Shown: piece after piece, positions 48,739 through 59,081 of the stretch
How the letters are laid out: every line of letters starts with the position of its first letter
How positions within the stretch are numbered: position 1 is the first letter of the stretch
IMG/VR virus record: IMGVR_UViG_3300010938_000024
From: an uncultured virus (IMG/VR IMGVR_UViG_3300010938_000024)
Lineage: Duplodnaviria > Heunggongvirae > Uroviricota > Caudoviricetes
Direction: 5' to 3' (one strand)
DNA length: 64,000 nucleotides
Translations under genes and position numbers: made by a program
The notes under the pieces: model-generated
Databases searched by the model: none
What the model was told of the DNA's origin: nothing
What the model saw: only the letters and a program-made list of their open reading frames with translations

Positions 48739-49071
48739 CTAAATAATCTTAAACATATAACCTTTTTTTGATCCAGTTCTTTGCCAATATATTGATTCTT
48801 CAGCATCTTCAAGAACAAAATAATCCAATGCTATATATCTTACCCCTGGAATTTTCTTCAATAATCTTATTCCTTCATAAAACTCATTATTATATGTACA
48901 AGAGTTAAAATTAACATCTACAATATTTAATACTATTCTTCCATCATCAATTTCCTTCTTTATATTTTTTTTACTACAATCTAAGTTATTGATAAGCACA
49001 TTTTTTACTTTCTCAATATTTTTACTATTATCCATATAAATATTTCCTGTGATTAAAACTGCTATTCCCAT
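48739..49071 (-). CDS. hypothetical protein
   Basis: 110 aa, AGGAGG SD. Confidence 0.55.
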   Translation of the reverse strand: MGIAVLITGNIYMDNSKNIEKVKNVLINNLDCSKKNIKKEIDDGRIVLNIVDVNFNSCTYNNEFYEGIRLLKKIPGVRYIALDYFVLEDAEESIYWQRTGSKKGYMFKII

Positions 49072-49097
49072 ATTTTAAAACCTCCTTTTTTTGATTT

Positions 49098-49460
49098 TCA
49101 AAAAGAAATATCACTCATTTCTCCAGAAATAGATATAACTCTTAAATTTACAACAATAGTATTTTCAACTTCATCTATAGAAGTTATAACTATTCTGGAT
49201 AACTTTTCTTCATCTGGTAATTCTATAGGTTGATTTTCCTTTATTTTTGTCTCTACTGCTTTTATAATAATACTAATCTGAGATCTTGTCTCTGATGTTA
49301 TATTTGTTCTTAATAGATCTGTTATATTTGGAGAATTTAGTATATTAAAAACTACTTCTTGCGCTAATTTTTCCACACCTTGCACCAAAACATTTTTTAC
49401 AAAACTATCTGCTTTGAAATAATCCTTAACAGGTATTAAATTTACAAAAGATAAATCCAT
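49098..49460 (-). CDS. baseplate wedge gp25-like protein
   Basis: G.EKL.Q.V...L...Q....P.EEKL..I...V...V....G pattern. Confidence 0.6.
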   Translation of the reverse strand: MDLSFVNLIPVKDYFKADSFVKNVLVQGVEKLAQEVVFNILNSPNITDLLRTNITSETRSQISIIIKAVETKIKENQPIELPDEEKLSRIVITSIDEVENTIVVNLRVISISGEMSDISF

Positions 49461-49461
49461 T

Positions 49462-50034
49462 TTATTTATAAACTACAAAAAAAGCCGCTTCTTTATCTTT
49501 TACTAAAGGATAAGTCATTGACATAGATGAAATATTTAAAGTTCTTAAAAATTTATTTATTAGCTCTGGGTCATATGTCAAAACACTTTCATCTCTACCT
49601 TTATAACTAAATTTATCATCTACCCATACATCAAATAAAAACAACCTTTTAGCTGATAAAAATAAATTATCTATCATTCTATATATGGATCGCCATTTTG
49701 TATAATTTTTTCTAAATGAAAAATAAGGAGTTATACCCCAAGCTACAACAATATCTGCAATAGGTTTAGAAATTTCCATATCCAAAAAATCTTTATAAAT
49801 AATTGGAACAGATTCTTGATGAAAAGACTTTAATTTTTTATTAGGTTCAATTCCTATATAATTAAATGTTCTTCCTTTTTTTATTAAATATTTATACAAA
49901 TCCAAAGTGCCTGCACCTACATCAAGTAAAGTCTCTCCATCTTTCAAAAAATGATTAGTAATATCAAATCTATATAGAGGTTGCTCTTTATTAGTCCACT
50001 CATTTTGACTAAATTCTGAAAGTTTTAAATACAT
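49462..50034 (-). CDS. class I SAM-dependent methyltransferase
   Basis: LLDVGAG, YIGIEP, DF. Confidence 0.8.
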   Translation of the reverse strand: MYLKLSEFSQNEWTNKEQPLYRFDITNHFLKDGETLLDVGAGTLDLYKYLIKKGRTFNYIGIEPNKKLKSFHQESVPIIYKDFLDMEISKPIADIVVAWGITPYFSFRKNYTKWRSIYRMIDNLFLSAKRLFLFDVWVDDKFSYKGRDESVLTYDPELINKFLRTLNISSMSMTYPLVKDKEAAFFVVYK

Positions 50035-50070
50035 CTTATTTAAAATAATATCATAAATCCAGCTGTAAAT

Positions 50071-50961
50071 TCAATCTTTTTGAAACCAACAATTCAACAA
50101 CTTTTCTAGCAAGTTTTCACAACTTAATTCTATTTTTTCTCCACTTTTCATTGTCTTTGTAATTATTGATAATCCATCCCTTGAAATATACCAGTTTTTT
50201 CCCAATTCTTTTTGTAGTTTGGTAAAATCAAATTTATAATTTTTATTTCTACTGATTACTCCTGCCCTGCCTCTTTGAGAAGAAAATATAATAGCTATTA
50301 CATTATCATATTTATCAAATATTTTTTTTGTAACATTAAAATTACTGTTATTTAAAACTATCCATTTATTATCTCCTAAATCAACAAATCTAATATACTT
50401 TCTTAAAATTTCAGAAAACGAAATAGACTCTTTAGCCAAAATGTCGGCCAGCTCAGGTTTCAGTTTAGAAAGTAATACATCACACATAGTAGTTAGATAT
50501 AAAGGATTTTCCAGAGATTTATCAGCTAAATAAGTAAATATATCTAAAAGTTCTTTATCAGATAATTCCTGGGACCGCAAAGAATATATTGTGTGAATTA
50601 AAGATCCTTGTATTTTCTCAAAAGATTGCAATTGTGATTTATCTGCTCTTGTGCAGTAATCTACTAAATTTATATATTTTTCAAAAGAAACATCTTCTTC
50701 TAATAAATATTTAAAAATCAATTTACAGGAACTCCATAATCCAGGAATTGAATGATGATCTATATCTCCTCCAGGAATATCTATATAAAAATATCCTTCT
50801 TCTTTTTTCAAAGGAAATTCTATTTTTCTAAATTCAAACCTCAAATCAGGATATTTTTTTCTCAGAAGATACAATGCACAAAGATTGTCTAAGTCTGCAA
50901 ATTGGTGGGTTATATTTATCTTCTGAGATAAATTTTTCAAAACATTTTCTGCATTTTTCAC
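50071..50961 (-). CDS. DHH/MYG1-like phosphoesterase
   Basis: TH...DLD, ID..GG..DHH, SS..LI. Confidence 0.6.
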   Translation of the reverse strand: MKNAENVLKNLSQKINITHQFADLDNLCALYLLRKKYPDLRFEFRKIEFPLKKEEGYFYIDIPGGDIDHHSIPGLWSSCKLIFKYLLEEDVSFEKYINLVDYCTRADKSQLQSFEKIQGSLIHTIYSLRSQELSDKELLDIFTYLADKSLENPLYLTTMCDVLLSKLKPELADILAKESISFSEILRKYIRFVDLGDNKWIVLNNSNFNVTKKIFDKYDNVIAIIFSSQRGRAGVISRNKNYKFDFTKLQKELGKNWYISRDGLSIITKTMKSGEKIELSCENLLEKLLNCWFQKD

Positions 50962-51232
50962 TGCCTTCTAACCTCCTATCTAGTATTTTCCATGTTACTT
51001 CTCTAATTAATATTTCATTAAACTCCAGATTTTCACAACATAAGGTTAGTAAAAAATTGGGTTTTAAAAGAAACCAGAGAGCTGTATAAAAATCTTCATT
51101 TTGAAAATCTAAAACTAAATCCTTAAAAGCCTGTTTAATTGTTCCATAAAAATAGAAATTAACATCATCCCAAGGAAAATTCTTTTTACGAATCTCCTCT
51201 AAAATAGGTCTGGCTTCTTTAGGCAGCTTCAA
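50846..51232 (-). CDS. hypothetical protein
   Basis: 128-aa ORF in the replication operon. Confidence 0.5.
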   Translation of the reverse strand: MKLPKEARPILEEIRKKNFPWDDVNFYFYGTIKQAFKDLVLDFQNEDFYTALWFLLKPNFLLTLCCENLEFNEILIREVTWKILDRRLEGSEKCRKCFEKFISEDKYNPPICRLRQSLCIVSSEKKIS

Positions 51233-51233
51233 A

Positions 51234-51806
51234 TTAATCTAATTTTATCAAAGTTAATGCTATTGCGTCAAATAAATCTTCTGCAGCTTTCCCTAAAGGA
51301 AATAGATCTAACTTCAGTTTTTTATACACAGACAAAGCTACAGCTCCTTTGTCAGCATTGCCAAAACCCGTTATTTTCTTCTTAACTACAGAAGGAGGTA
51401 TAACAGTATAATCTAGCTTGTAAAAAATCAAATTTAATTTCAAAATACTACCAAATTCAGATATAGTAGAAACAGCTCTACTTTTAAGACCAAAAGCATA
51501 TCCTTCCAATCTAACTTCTATTTTTTTATATCTCTCACTTATTATTCTTATTGCAGCCTCACTCCAACCATGAAATACCGGCAACAGTAAATCTGGATTT
51601 TCTTCAATTTCTTTATTATCTTCTACAGAATAAACATTTACATTCATTTCCTTAGCAAAATTCTCATTATATTTATTTTTATATCCATATAACCATAAAT
51701 GAGATTCTATCAATCTTTTATTCCATACAACAGCTATAGCAGTAGCTGATTTAGATAAATCTATACCTACTATTACTTTTTCTTTGTCTCCATTAAAGTT
51801 AGACAT
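51234..51806 (-). CDS. ruvC: RuvC-like Holliday junction resolvase
   Basis: GIDLS, LEGY, P...KK..TG.GNADK, D..DA. Confidence 0.88.
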   Translation of the reverse strand: MSNFNGDKEKVIVGIDLSKSATAIAVVWNKRLIESHLWLYGYKNKYNENFAKEMNVNVYSVEDNKEIEENPDLLLPVFHGWSEAAIRIISERYKKIEVRLEGYAFGLKSRAVSTISEFGSILKLNLIFYKLDYTVIPPSVVKKKITGFGNADKGAVALSVYKKLKLDLFPLGKAAEDLFDAIALTLIKLD

Positions 51807-52846
51807 GATTCCTCCAATTCACCAGACATATCCTCTAAATCTTTCCAAAAATACTTTTTCCCTTTATATAAATACCTTCCTTTGTCAACATATTCAATAA
51901 TATTATTCTGAAATAAATATTGAACCTTGTCAAAATTCGTATCAAATCCTTTTCCTAATAACAATTTTATTCTGGTCTGCCTAAAAGGAATGTGAATTTT
52001 GTTTTTCTCTGTATCTACCTTAATAATTAAATAATCTTTAGTATTTTCTAAAACTTCCATATTCATTCTTATATGACTATAAAACTTTAAAGCCCATCCA
52101 CCTGTGGTTGTTACTGTTGAAATAAAACTTTTTATAAATTTAGTTCTCAATTGGTTAATTATTAGAAAAGTAGAATTCATTTCAGAAATAACACCCATTA
52201 ATGACCTCAATTCTTCCGAAACTAATTGAGCATGATGACCTATTCTCTGCTTTTCTAATAATTCTTTCTCTTCTTCCATAGATAGATGATCCTCTATTAT
52301 TGTAATAGGAGATAAAACCGCTATTGAATCTAATACAATAAGCTTACATCCATGCCTAGATGCAACTCGTAATAAAGAAAATCCCTTCCTTATTGAATTT
52401 ACCGTAGAATACCTTATATTTTGAATATTTTTCAATCCCATAGATAATAAATACTTTTTATCTATAGAATTCTCAGCATCTAAAACAAAAGTCTTTAATT
52501 CAGTATCTTTATTGGAATTTTGTACCATGCACCACTGCCATAAAGAACTTTTACCACAACCCTCAGGTCCATATATTTCTATTATCTTACCACTAGGATA
52601 ACCACCTCCAATTATATCATCTAAAGACATAAGACCCGTAGTTAAAAAATCATATTTCTTTTTTTGATCTAATGTAAAAACAGAAATATTTAATTCTTTT
52701 TTTGCAAAATCAGAAATTCCTGTTAATATATTATCCTCTTTTATATCATCTTCTTTTTTTTCTGGTTTTACTCCAACTGATTCTACAGGAATTTCTTTTA
52801 AATCCTCTTTTTTCTTGGGAGGTCTTCCCCTTTTCTTTTTTTCCAT
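51773..52846 (-). CDS. recA: RecA-family recombinase
   Basis: TG..SLD..IGGG.P.G.I.EIYGPE..GKS, DAE, DSIA, INQLR, TGG.ALKFYS. Confidence 0.92.
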   Translation of the reverse strand: MEKKKRGRPPKKKEDLKEIPVESVGVKPEKKEDDIKEDNILTGISDFAKKELNISVFTLDQKKKYDFLTTGLMSLDDIIGGGYPSGKIIEIYGPEGCGKSSLWQWCMVQNSNKDTELKTFVLDAENSIDKKYLLSMGLKNIQNIRYSTVNSIRKGFSLLRVASRHGCKLIVLDSIAVLSPITIIEDHLSMEEEKELLEKQRIGHHAQLVSEELRSLMGVISEMNSTFLIINQLRTKFIKSFISTVTTTGGWALKFYSHIRMNMEVLENTKDYLIIKVDTEKNKIHIPFRQTRIKLLLGKGFDTNFDKVQYLFQNNIIEYVDKGRYLYKGKKYFWKDLEDMSGELEESCLTLMETKKK

Positions 52847-54442
52847 TTAAACTTCTCCTCTAATTAGATTTTTTAAATTATAATTCAAAAAATTTCTATT
52901 AAAATCTATATGTTTTTTCAAAAATTTCCAAATAGAAACATCTATACTTTTCTTTGTAAGCAAATCTATATAAGTTGCTTTTGTAGTTCCTAATCTATAA
53001 ATTCTATCCTCACTTTGAATTCTAGCTTCTACAGAAAAATCATTAGAAAAATAAATACTATAAGTTGCTTTCTGCAAATCTAATCCAAATTTGCCTAAAT
53101 GAATAGGAATAATTATATGATTTTTATATTCTAGTCCCTTATTTATAAAATTAAATCTCTCTTCTGGAGACATTTCTTTAACTATTTGAACAGATCTATC
53201 TCCTAATAACTCTTTAATTCTTTTTCCTTCTATTCTAAATCTATGCCATATTATTACTGGAGGATCCAATTCTTCCAATATTGAAACTAACTCATTATAT
53301 TTATTACTTTTAAATATTTTAATATTCCCATCATCTGTTGATAAAAAACCAGATGATATTTGACATAATTTTAATAATTTCTTAAGAAGATTTGTAGTAT
53401 CTGTAATTCTTTTATCTATAATATCCTTTTCTACAGCACTATAATATTCCTCCTGCTCTGCAGTCATAGGAATCTCAAAATACTCATAAATCTTAGGAGG
53501 CAAATCTAAACAATCCTCTTTTCTATATCTAATAGAGATAAAATTTACAGCCTTCTTTAAATAATCAGGAGTTCTACCTTTAGGAATCCATTGTGGAATT
53601 CTTAAAATTCCTCTTTTCTTAGTTCTTACTGTAAGCTCTACCTTATCAAAATAGTGTTCTCTAAATTGTTTAAAACTATTTCCAAATATATTGTTAGATA
53701 AAAACTTAATTTGCCCATAAACATCAAGCATAGATTGAGTAATTAAAGTTCCAGTCAAAATAAACCTTTTTTCACAATTGTCTATCAAAGAATAAATACC
53801 TATAGCTTGCTTGGTATTTAAATGCTTAATTCTAGTAGATTCATCTAATACCATCATTTTATATCTAAATTGCTTAAATACATTAACTTTTTCTTGATTT
53901 CTAAAAACTTCATAATTACAAATAATTATATTCTGTTTTTCTAATTCTTCTGGATCAAACTTATCCATTACATACACAGGCAAATCAGAATTTACAGCAA
54001 ATTCTTCTTTCCATTTATACTTCAAAGAATTAGGAACTACTATCAAAAATTTATCTTTATCACTGTATAAATAATTAATAGCATCTATAACACATTTTGT
54101 TTTTCCTGTTCCTGTATCCGATAAAATAGCACCTATTTTTCTATTAATTATAAATGAAGTAGTATCCCTTTGATGCTCAAAAGGAGTTAATTTATAAGAA
54201 TAATCTACTATATTATATTTTTTATAATTCATTAAAAACACACTAAATTTATTAATTGCTTCACGAGCTTTTTCAGTAAAGGGCATAGATAATTTATCTA
54301 TGCCCACAAAAAATGGAAACTCCCACCTTTTTCTATCAGGATTCCATATAGACGAATATGTTGTTTTGTATGTATATAAATGCTCATGCCCTCCTATAAA
54401 AAAGAAACAGGAATTTTTATCATCATAATCTACTTTAAACAT
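52847..54442 (-). CDS. SNF2-family helicase
   Basis: GTGKT, DEST, LTGT, G.DLQ, QSEDRI.R.G. Confidence 0.9.
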   Translation of the reverse strand: MFKVDYDDKNSCFFFIGGHEHLYTYKTTYSSIWNPDRKRWEFPFFVGIDKLSMPFTEKAREAINKFSVFLMNYKKYNIVDYSYKLTPFEHQRDTTSFIINRKIGAILSDTGTGKTKCVIDAINYLYSDKDKFLIVVPNSLKYKWKEEFAVNSDLPVYVMDKFDPEELEKQNIIICNYEVFRNQEKVNVFKQFRYKMMVLDESTRIKHLNTKQAIGIYSLIDNCEKRFILTGTLITQSMLDVYGQIKFLSNNIFGNSFKQFREHYFDKVELTVRTKKRGILRIPQWIPKGRTPDYLKKAVNFISIRYRKEDCLDLPPKIYEYFEIPMTAEQEEYYSAVEKDIIDKRITDTTNLLKKLLKLCQISSGFLSTDDGNIKIFKSNKYNELVSILEELDPPVIIWHRFRIEGKRIKELLGDRSVQIVKEMSPEERFNFINKGLEYKNHIIIPIHLGKFGLDLQKATYSIYFSNDFSVEARIQSEDRIYRLGTTKATYIDLLTKKSIDVSIWKFLKKHIDFNRNFLNYNLKNLIRGEV

Positions 54443-55171
54443 TTACAGATCTTCCTCAGAATCTTCTTCTTCCTCTTCTTTTTCCTCGTCTTCTTCCTCA
54501 TTTTCTTCGTCTATTCCTTCTTCAGATTTTTCAACTTCTTTTTCTACTTCATCTTCTAATCCCTGAGATTCTTCTTCCAAATCAATATCCTCATCTTCTA
54601 TAGACTCTTCTATTTCATCTACATCCTCTTCAGAAACTTCTTTCTTAACTTTCTTTTCAAATCCACCTATACTATTTTCAAAGTTTAATAAAATTCTATC
54701 TCCTTCTTTAATTACTTCTTCCGGAGTTACTTTACCCTCTATTGCCTGTAAGCTGTATTTATAAGTTCTACCTTTCTTAGTAGTTATTAAGGCAAAAATT
54801 GTATTCCTAATCTTGGAAATATAAGGAGAAAATAAACTAAATAAATCCGAAGCCATTGGTAATATTTGTTTTTCGTTCTCTAATAAATTCTTAACAACTA
54901 TAAAATATCTCAAAAGAGGTTTCCCTATTTCACTACAATTTGTACAATATCTGGATTCATCCATTACTTCTTTCATCATAGAATATTTTCTACACCTTTT
55001 AAATCCTCTATCCCAATGGACATAGGCTTTTACAAAACCTGAAGAAATTACCTTAAACTTAATCTTTTTACTAAATTCCTTCTTGTTAGGCCCAGCAAAT
55101 AAAAATCTTAAATTACTTCCACTAAACCCTTGACTTCCTTTTTCCTTGTTTGCATTTTTCCATGGTTTCAT
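54443..55171 (-). CDS. putative single-stranded DNA-binding protein
   Basis: HW...C...C..C Zn motif, very acidic C-terminal tail, replication context. Confidence 0.6.
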   Translation of the reverse strand: MKPWKNANKEKGSQGFSGSNLRFLFAGPNKKEFSKKIKFKVISSGFVKAYVHWDRGFKRCRKYSMMKEVMDESRYCTNCSEIGKPLLRYFIVVKNLLENEKQILPMASDLFSLFSPYISKIRNTIFALITTKKGRTYKYSLQAIEGKVTPEEVIKEGDRILLNFENSIGGFEKKVKKEVSEEDVDEIEESIEDEDIDLEEESQGLEDEVEKEVEKSEEGIDEENEEEDEEKEEEEEDSEEDL

Positions 55172-55190
55172 TTTTTTTATACCTCCTTTT

Positions 55191-55472
55191 TTAATAGTTT
55201 TTATATCCTTTAATTTTTAATTCTGATTCTATACTTGACAATATCCTAGACTGTGTACTTAATAAATTTTTCATATTTCTCATTATTTTTTCCACAAGTT
55301 TTTTTTCTTCCTTTGATAAATTACTATCATATAATTCTATTTCCTTTTGCACACAATAACTTAAATATGCCTGCAATTTTTTTAAAGATACTGATATTTT
55401 TGATAAATCTGTAGTTATACATTTAGAAGCTAAATCATGCGCTCTTATTATTTTTAATATATTAGGATCCAA
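55191..55472 (-). CDS. hypothetical protein
   Basis: 93-aa helical ORF. Confidence 0.5.
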   Translation of the reverse strand: MDPNILKIIRAHDLASKCITTDLSKISVSLKKLQAYLSYCVQKEIELYDSNLSKEEKKLVEKIMRNMKNLLSTQSRILSSIESELKIKGYKNY

Positions 55473-57726
55473 TGTTGAAATCCCTCACTTTTTCCATTTT
55501 ATCCCAGTTATATCCTACTTTAGAACTTAATATAAAAGGTATCTTTAAATCTAATCCAAATGTATTCTCTAGCATATTAAAAGTAGTATCACAAGACTTT
55601 ATAACAAAATTAAAAAATTCTTCTACTTTGTTCTCCTCTATCTCTACTAAAATACTATCATGTACAAAAGCTACAGGCTTATATGCAAATCCAGATTTTT
55701 TAATCTCATTATGTAAATTTACTACAAACAATTGAACTAAATCCGAAGCAGGAGATTGTATTACATAATTACAAGCAGATCTTCTATAAGTATAAAATAA
55801 GTCTGGCATTAACTTTAAATTATTATATTTCCTCTCTCTACCAAATATAGTAGAAACCTTTAATTTAGTTCTAATTTCATCCTCTATTTTATCCCTAAAT
55901 AATTTAATACCTGGAAATAAATTCTGAAAAGCTCCATATAATTTTTTAGCTGTCTCCATACTCACCTTCAATTCAGAAGATAGTCTTTTTATTGACATAT
56001 CATAAATCAAACCAAAAACTATTGTCTTGGCTTTCTTTCTATTCTCAGAAGTAACTTCTTCTTTCTTTAATATTTTCTGGCAAGCCCAAGTATGAATATC
56101 TATATTATTATTTATTAAATCAATAACTTTTTTATCATTAGATACTAATGCATACATTCTTACCTCCAATTGCGATGCATCAATATCTACAAAAATATTC
56201 CCTGAATCGGGAACTATACATGACCTTATAACAGGTTGAATATTTTGAGCATTTGGATTTATTGAAGATAACCTGCCCGTAGGCGTTCCGTGAATTAAAT
56301 ATTCACTATGTATCCTAGAAATAATACCCATTTTTTTAAATGGTTCTATATAGGTATTTAATAAATGAGATATTTCTCTATATTTTAATATATATTTAGC
56401 TTCTTTACTTTTTAATGTTTTTAGAACTTTATCCGATGTAGATTTTACAGGAGATTTATATTTACAAAAATTGTATAATAAATCTCCTACCTGTGTTGGA
56501 GAATTCGGATTAAATACAGATTTTTTCTTAGATAAATATTCATTGTATTTTATTACATTTGGTAAAGAATCTATTTTGTTTTTAATATCTTGTTGCAATT
56601 TAAGAGTTTCTTTTTCTAAAATATTTAACTTATTCACATCAACTCTAAATCCATTAGATTCTAATTCCAATATAACTTTAGAAGATAAAGGATTAGATAT
56701 ATATTTATAAATTTTTAATTTTTTTGATTTATTTATTTGTTTTAAATAATAATTAAATACATATAAGGAAATCCAAGCATCTCTACAATTATAATCTATT
56801 AATTTTTCAATATTTCCCGATTGTTTCTCCTCTAAAGATATATCCCAAGGATTAAATCCTAAATCCATAGCTATAGATTTCAAAGAATAAGAATCTCTCT
56901 TTTCTTCTACTATATGAACCAAAGGAATAATATCATATACAGGATCTAAAATATCAAAATATAAAGATAATAATTTAACATCAAATTTAGCATTATGACA
57001 TATTTTAATTTTAGAACTACTAAATAAAGGCTTTAATATCTTTAAATCTACTAAATCAAAATTGAAAAAATAAACATCCTCTGTATTGTCTATTGCTATA
57101 GCAAGACTTCTAATTTTATTATTTTTAGAAATCTCAAGAGAAGATGTTTCTATATCAAATACAAATTTTTCCGCATTTGATATTTTAGATAAACAATCAG
57201 ACATATTATTATTCGTTACTATTACAGGATTTATATTATATTTTATACCTCCAGAAAGATTTCTTCTAAAATCACACCTTATATGATGTATTAAATCCTT
57301 CTTTGTATTTTTTATAATCTCTTTATATCCATATGTCGCTTGAATAGACATTCCGTTGCTTAATATTGGACTTAATCTGGATTTTGCAATCTTTCTGGAA
57401 AACCCAAAAGCTTCCCCGGCTAAAGCTCCACAAATAAATATTTTAACAGGTCTTACTTCTTTTATTTCTGCAAACAAACAATTTTTACAATTTTCTAATA
57501 TTTGTTTATTTAATTTCTCCTTAATATCACACTTATATAAACTTGTTACATAGGCTAATTCTATATCTTTTACTATATTCTCCTGTTTTAATAATTTACT
57601 ATATCTATCTACTTCTTTATAATTATCCACTACAATCATAACAAGACTGGGTATCTGACCTTTACCTTTTTCAGGTTTATATTTACAAGTTTTAATTAGT
57701 TCTTGATTATAATTTAAGTTTTCCAT
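55462..57726 (-). CDS. polA: family A DNA polymerase with N-terminal UDG-like domain and 3'-5' exonuclease
   Basis: Y.T...KC/EI..V.P..I...G..A; FDIET, HNAKFD, YN..D; TGRLSS..PN.QN, DASQLEVR, K...FGLIY, VHDS. Confidence 0.92.
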   Translation of the reverse strand: MENLNYNQELIKTCKYKPEKGKGQIPSLVMIVVDNYKEVDRYSKLLKQENIVKDIELAYVTSLYKCDIKEKLNKQILENCKNCLFAEIKEVRPVKIFICGALAGEAFGFSRKIAKSRLSPILSNGMSIQATYGYKEIIKNTKKDLIHHIRCDFRRNLSGGIKYNINPVIVTNNNMSDCLSKISNAEKFVFDIETSSLEISKNNKIRSLAIAIDNTEDVYFFNFDLVDLKILKPLFSSSKIKICHNAKFDVKLLSLYFDILDPVYDIIPLVHIVEEKRDSYSLKSIAMDLGFNPWDISLEEKQSGNIEKLIDYNCRDAWISLYVFNYYLKQINKSKKLKIYKYISNPLSSKVILELESNGFRVDVNKLNILEKETLKLQQDIKNKIDSLPNVIKYNEYLSKKKSVFNPNSPTQVGDLLYNFCKYKSPVKSTSDKVLKTLKSKEAKYILKYREISHLLNTYIEPFKKMGIISRIHSEYLIHGTPTGRLSSINPNAQNIQPVIRSCIVPDSGNIFVDIDASQLEVRMYALVSNDKKVIDLINNNIDIHTWACQKILKKEEVTSENRKKAKTIVFGLIYDMSIKRLSSELKVSMETAKKLYGAFQNLFPGIKLFRDKIEDEIRTKLKVSTIFGRERKYNNLKLMPDLFYTYRRSACNYVIQSPASDLVQLFVVNLHNEIKKSGFAYKPVAFVHDSILVEIEENKVEEFFNFVIKSCDTTFNMLENTFGLDLKIPFILSSKVGYNWDKMEKVRDFNIGS

Positions 57727-58126
57727 CTTTTATCAAAGTTCCTTCTTTTAACAAAGTAAGTGATATTTTTATAGCTTCATCAGGTATCTTTGAATAAGGA
57801 TATAATATCAAAGAAGCCGCAGTCTCTATATCTAAATCCTCTAATCCAATACTAGATAATACTTTTTTATTAAATACAAACAAATCCTCTAATTCTCCTC
57901 CATTTGTTCTACATAATCTCCCTTTTGATAGAAATATATATCCTAAATTACCATCAGGCTTATAAATATAAGGTGCTATTACAAAAACTGAATACTTAGA
58001 AAATTCAGTTTTTGTTTTGATTATTTTATATAAGGCTAACTCACACAAAAGTATAGCTTCTTGGAATTTTAGCCTTATATACTTTTTTATTAAACTTTTG
58101 GGATCCATAAATTCTTTTTCCTCCAA
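57707..58126 (-). CDS. hypothetical protein
   Basis: 139-aa ORF in operon. Confidence 0.5.
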   Translation of the reverse strand: MEEKEFMDPKSLIKKYIRLKFQEAILLCELALYKIIKTKTEFSKYSVFVIAPYIYKPDGNLGYIFLSKGRLCRTNGGELEDLFVFNKKVLSSIGLEDLDIETAASLILYPYSKIPDEAIKISLTLLKEGTLIKDGKLKL

Positions 58127-58235
58127 TATCTAAAATATAAATTACCAGATTATTAAAAGACCTTTTTTCTTTTTCTGATATTTTTTTTAGTCTTTTATGT
58201 AAATCATCAGGCAACCTTATTGTTGTTTTTACCAT
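58041..58235 (-). CDS. Arc-like ribbon-helix-helix DNA-binding protein
   Basis: TTIRLPDDLH..LK.....RSFN..V..IL. Confidence 0.75.
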   Translation of the reverse strand: MVKTTIRLPDDLHKRLKKISEKEKRSFNNLVIYILDIGGKRIYGSQKFNKKVYKAKIPRSYTFV

Positions 58236-59079
58236 ACATAACCTCTTTTATGTATTTTTTTAATTTATTTACATTCTCTTCTATACAAAAAAATTCATCA
58301 GGGTCTCTGGAAATAGAAACTGTTTTAACAATAAATTCCTTCTTTAAATTTGATTTAAATTCAATAGCTCCATCCTTCCCAGCTTTATCATTATCAAAAA
58401 TAATAAACACAAATCTAGGAGCCATTTTATAAAGACTAAATAATTTTTCTTTTGAAAATCTAGTAGAAAAACAAGCACTTGCTGGAAACCCACAATCTAT
58501 CAATTTTAATGCATCAAATAATCCTTCTACTAGAATTATATAATCTAACTTGTCAAAATTAGGATATATATATCTTGAAAAATGAGAATTGTTCACTGTT
58601 TTTTCAGAAGGCAAGTGCAACCACTTAGGAGAACCACTAAATTTTCTAATAGAATATCCTACACAATTTTTACCAAAATAATTATAAAAATAAATTGGAA
58701 TAATATATCCTAACTCATTTTTTCTAACATCAAACTTCTTCAAAGTCTTTAAACTGATATTTCTTATAACAGATTTCACTGGTTTATTCTCTGGCAATTC
58801 TACATTTTTTAATCCCTCTGTATATAAAACAATAGGTTCAAAATATAATTTTCTTCCTAAATCAGCTTTTAATCCTTTGTATTTTAATTTAAATAAATCA
58901 GTTATTTCTCCATATTTTTTACACCCAAAACAATAAAAACGCCCATTAGGATACAAAGTCAAAGAAGGAACTGTATCTATATGATCTGGAAAAATACATT
59001 TTATTCTTATAATATCTCCTATTTTTTTATAACTCAATCCTTTGTTTTTAATATTATTTTCTATTATATTAATATCCAT
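58207..59079 (-). CDS. dnaG: DNA primase (CHC2 Zn finger plus TOPRIM)
   Basis: C...H.D..PS....FYCFGC; VEGLFD; FDND.AG; DP. Confidence 0.9.
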   Translation of the reverse strand: MDINIIENNIKNKGLSYKKIGDIIRIKCIFPDHIDTVPSLTLYPNGRFYCFGCKKYGEITDLFKLKYKGLKADLGRKLYFEPIVLYTEGLKNVELPENKPVKSVIRNISLKTLKKFDVRKNELGYIIPIYFYNYFGKNCVGYSIRKFSGSPKWLHLPSEKTVNNSHFSRYIYPNFDKLDYIILVEGLFDALKLIDCGFPASACFSTRFSKEKLFSLYKMAPRFVFIIFDNDKAGKDGAIEFKSNLKKEFIVKTVSISRDPDEFFCIEENVNKLKKYIKEVMYGKNNNKVA

Positions 59080-59081
59080 TT

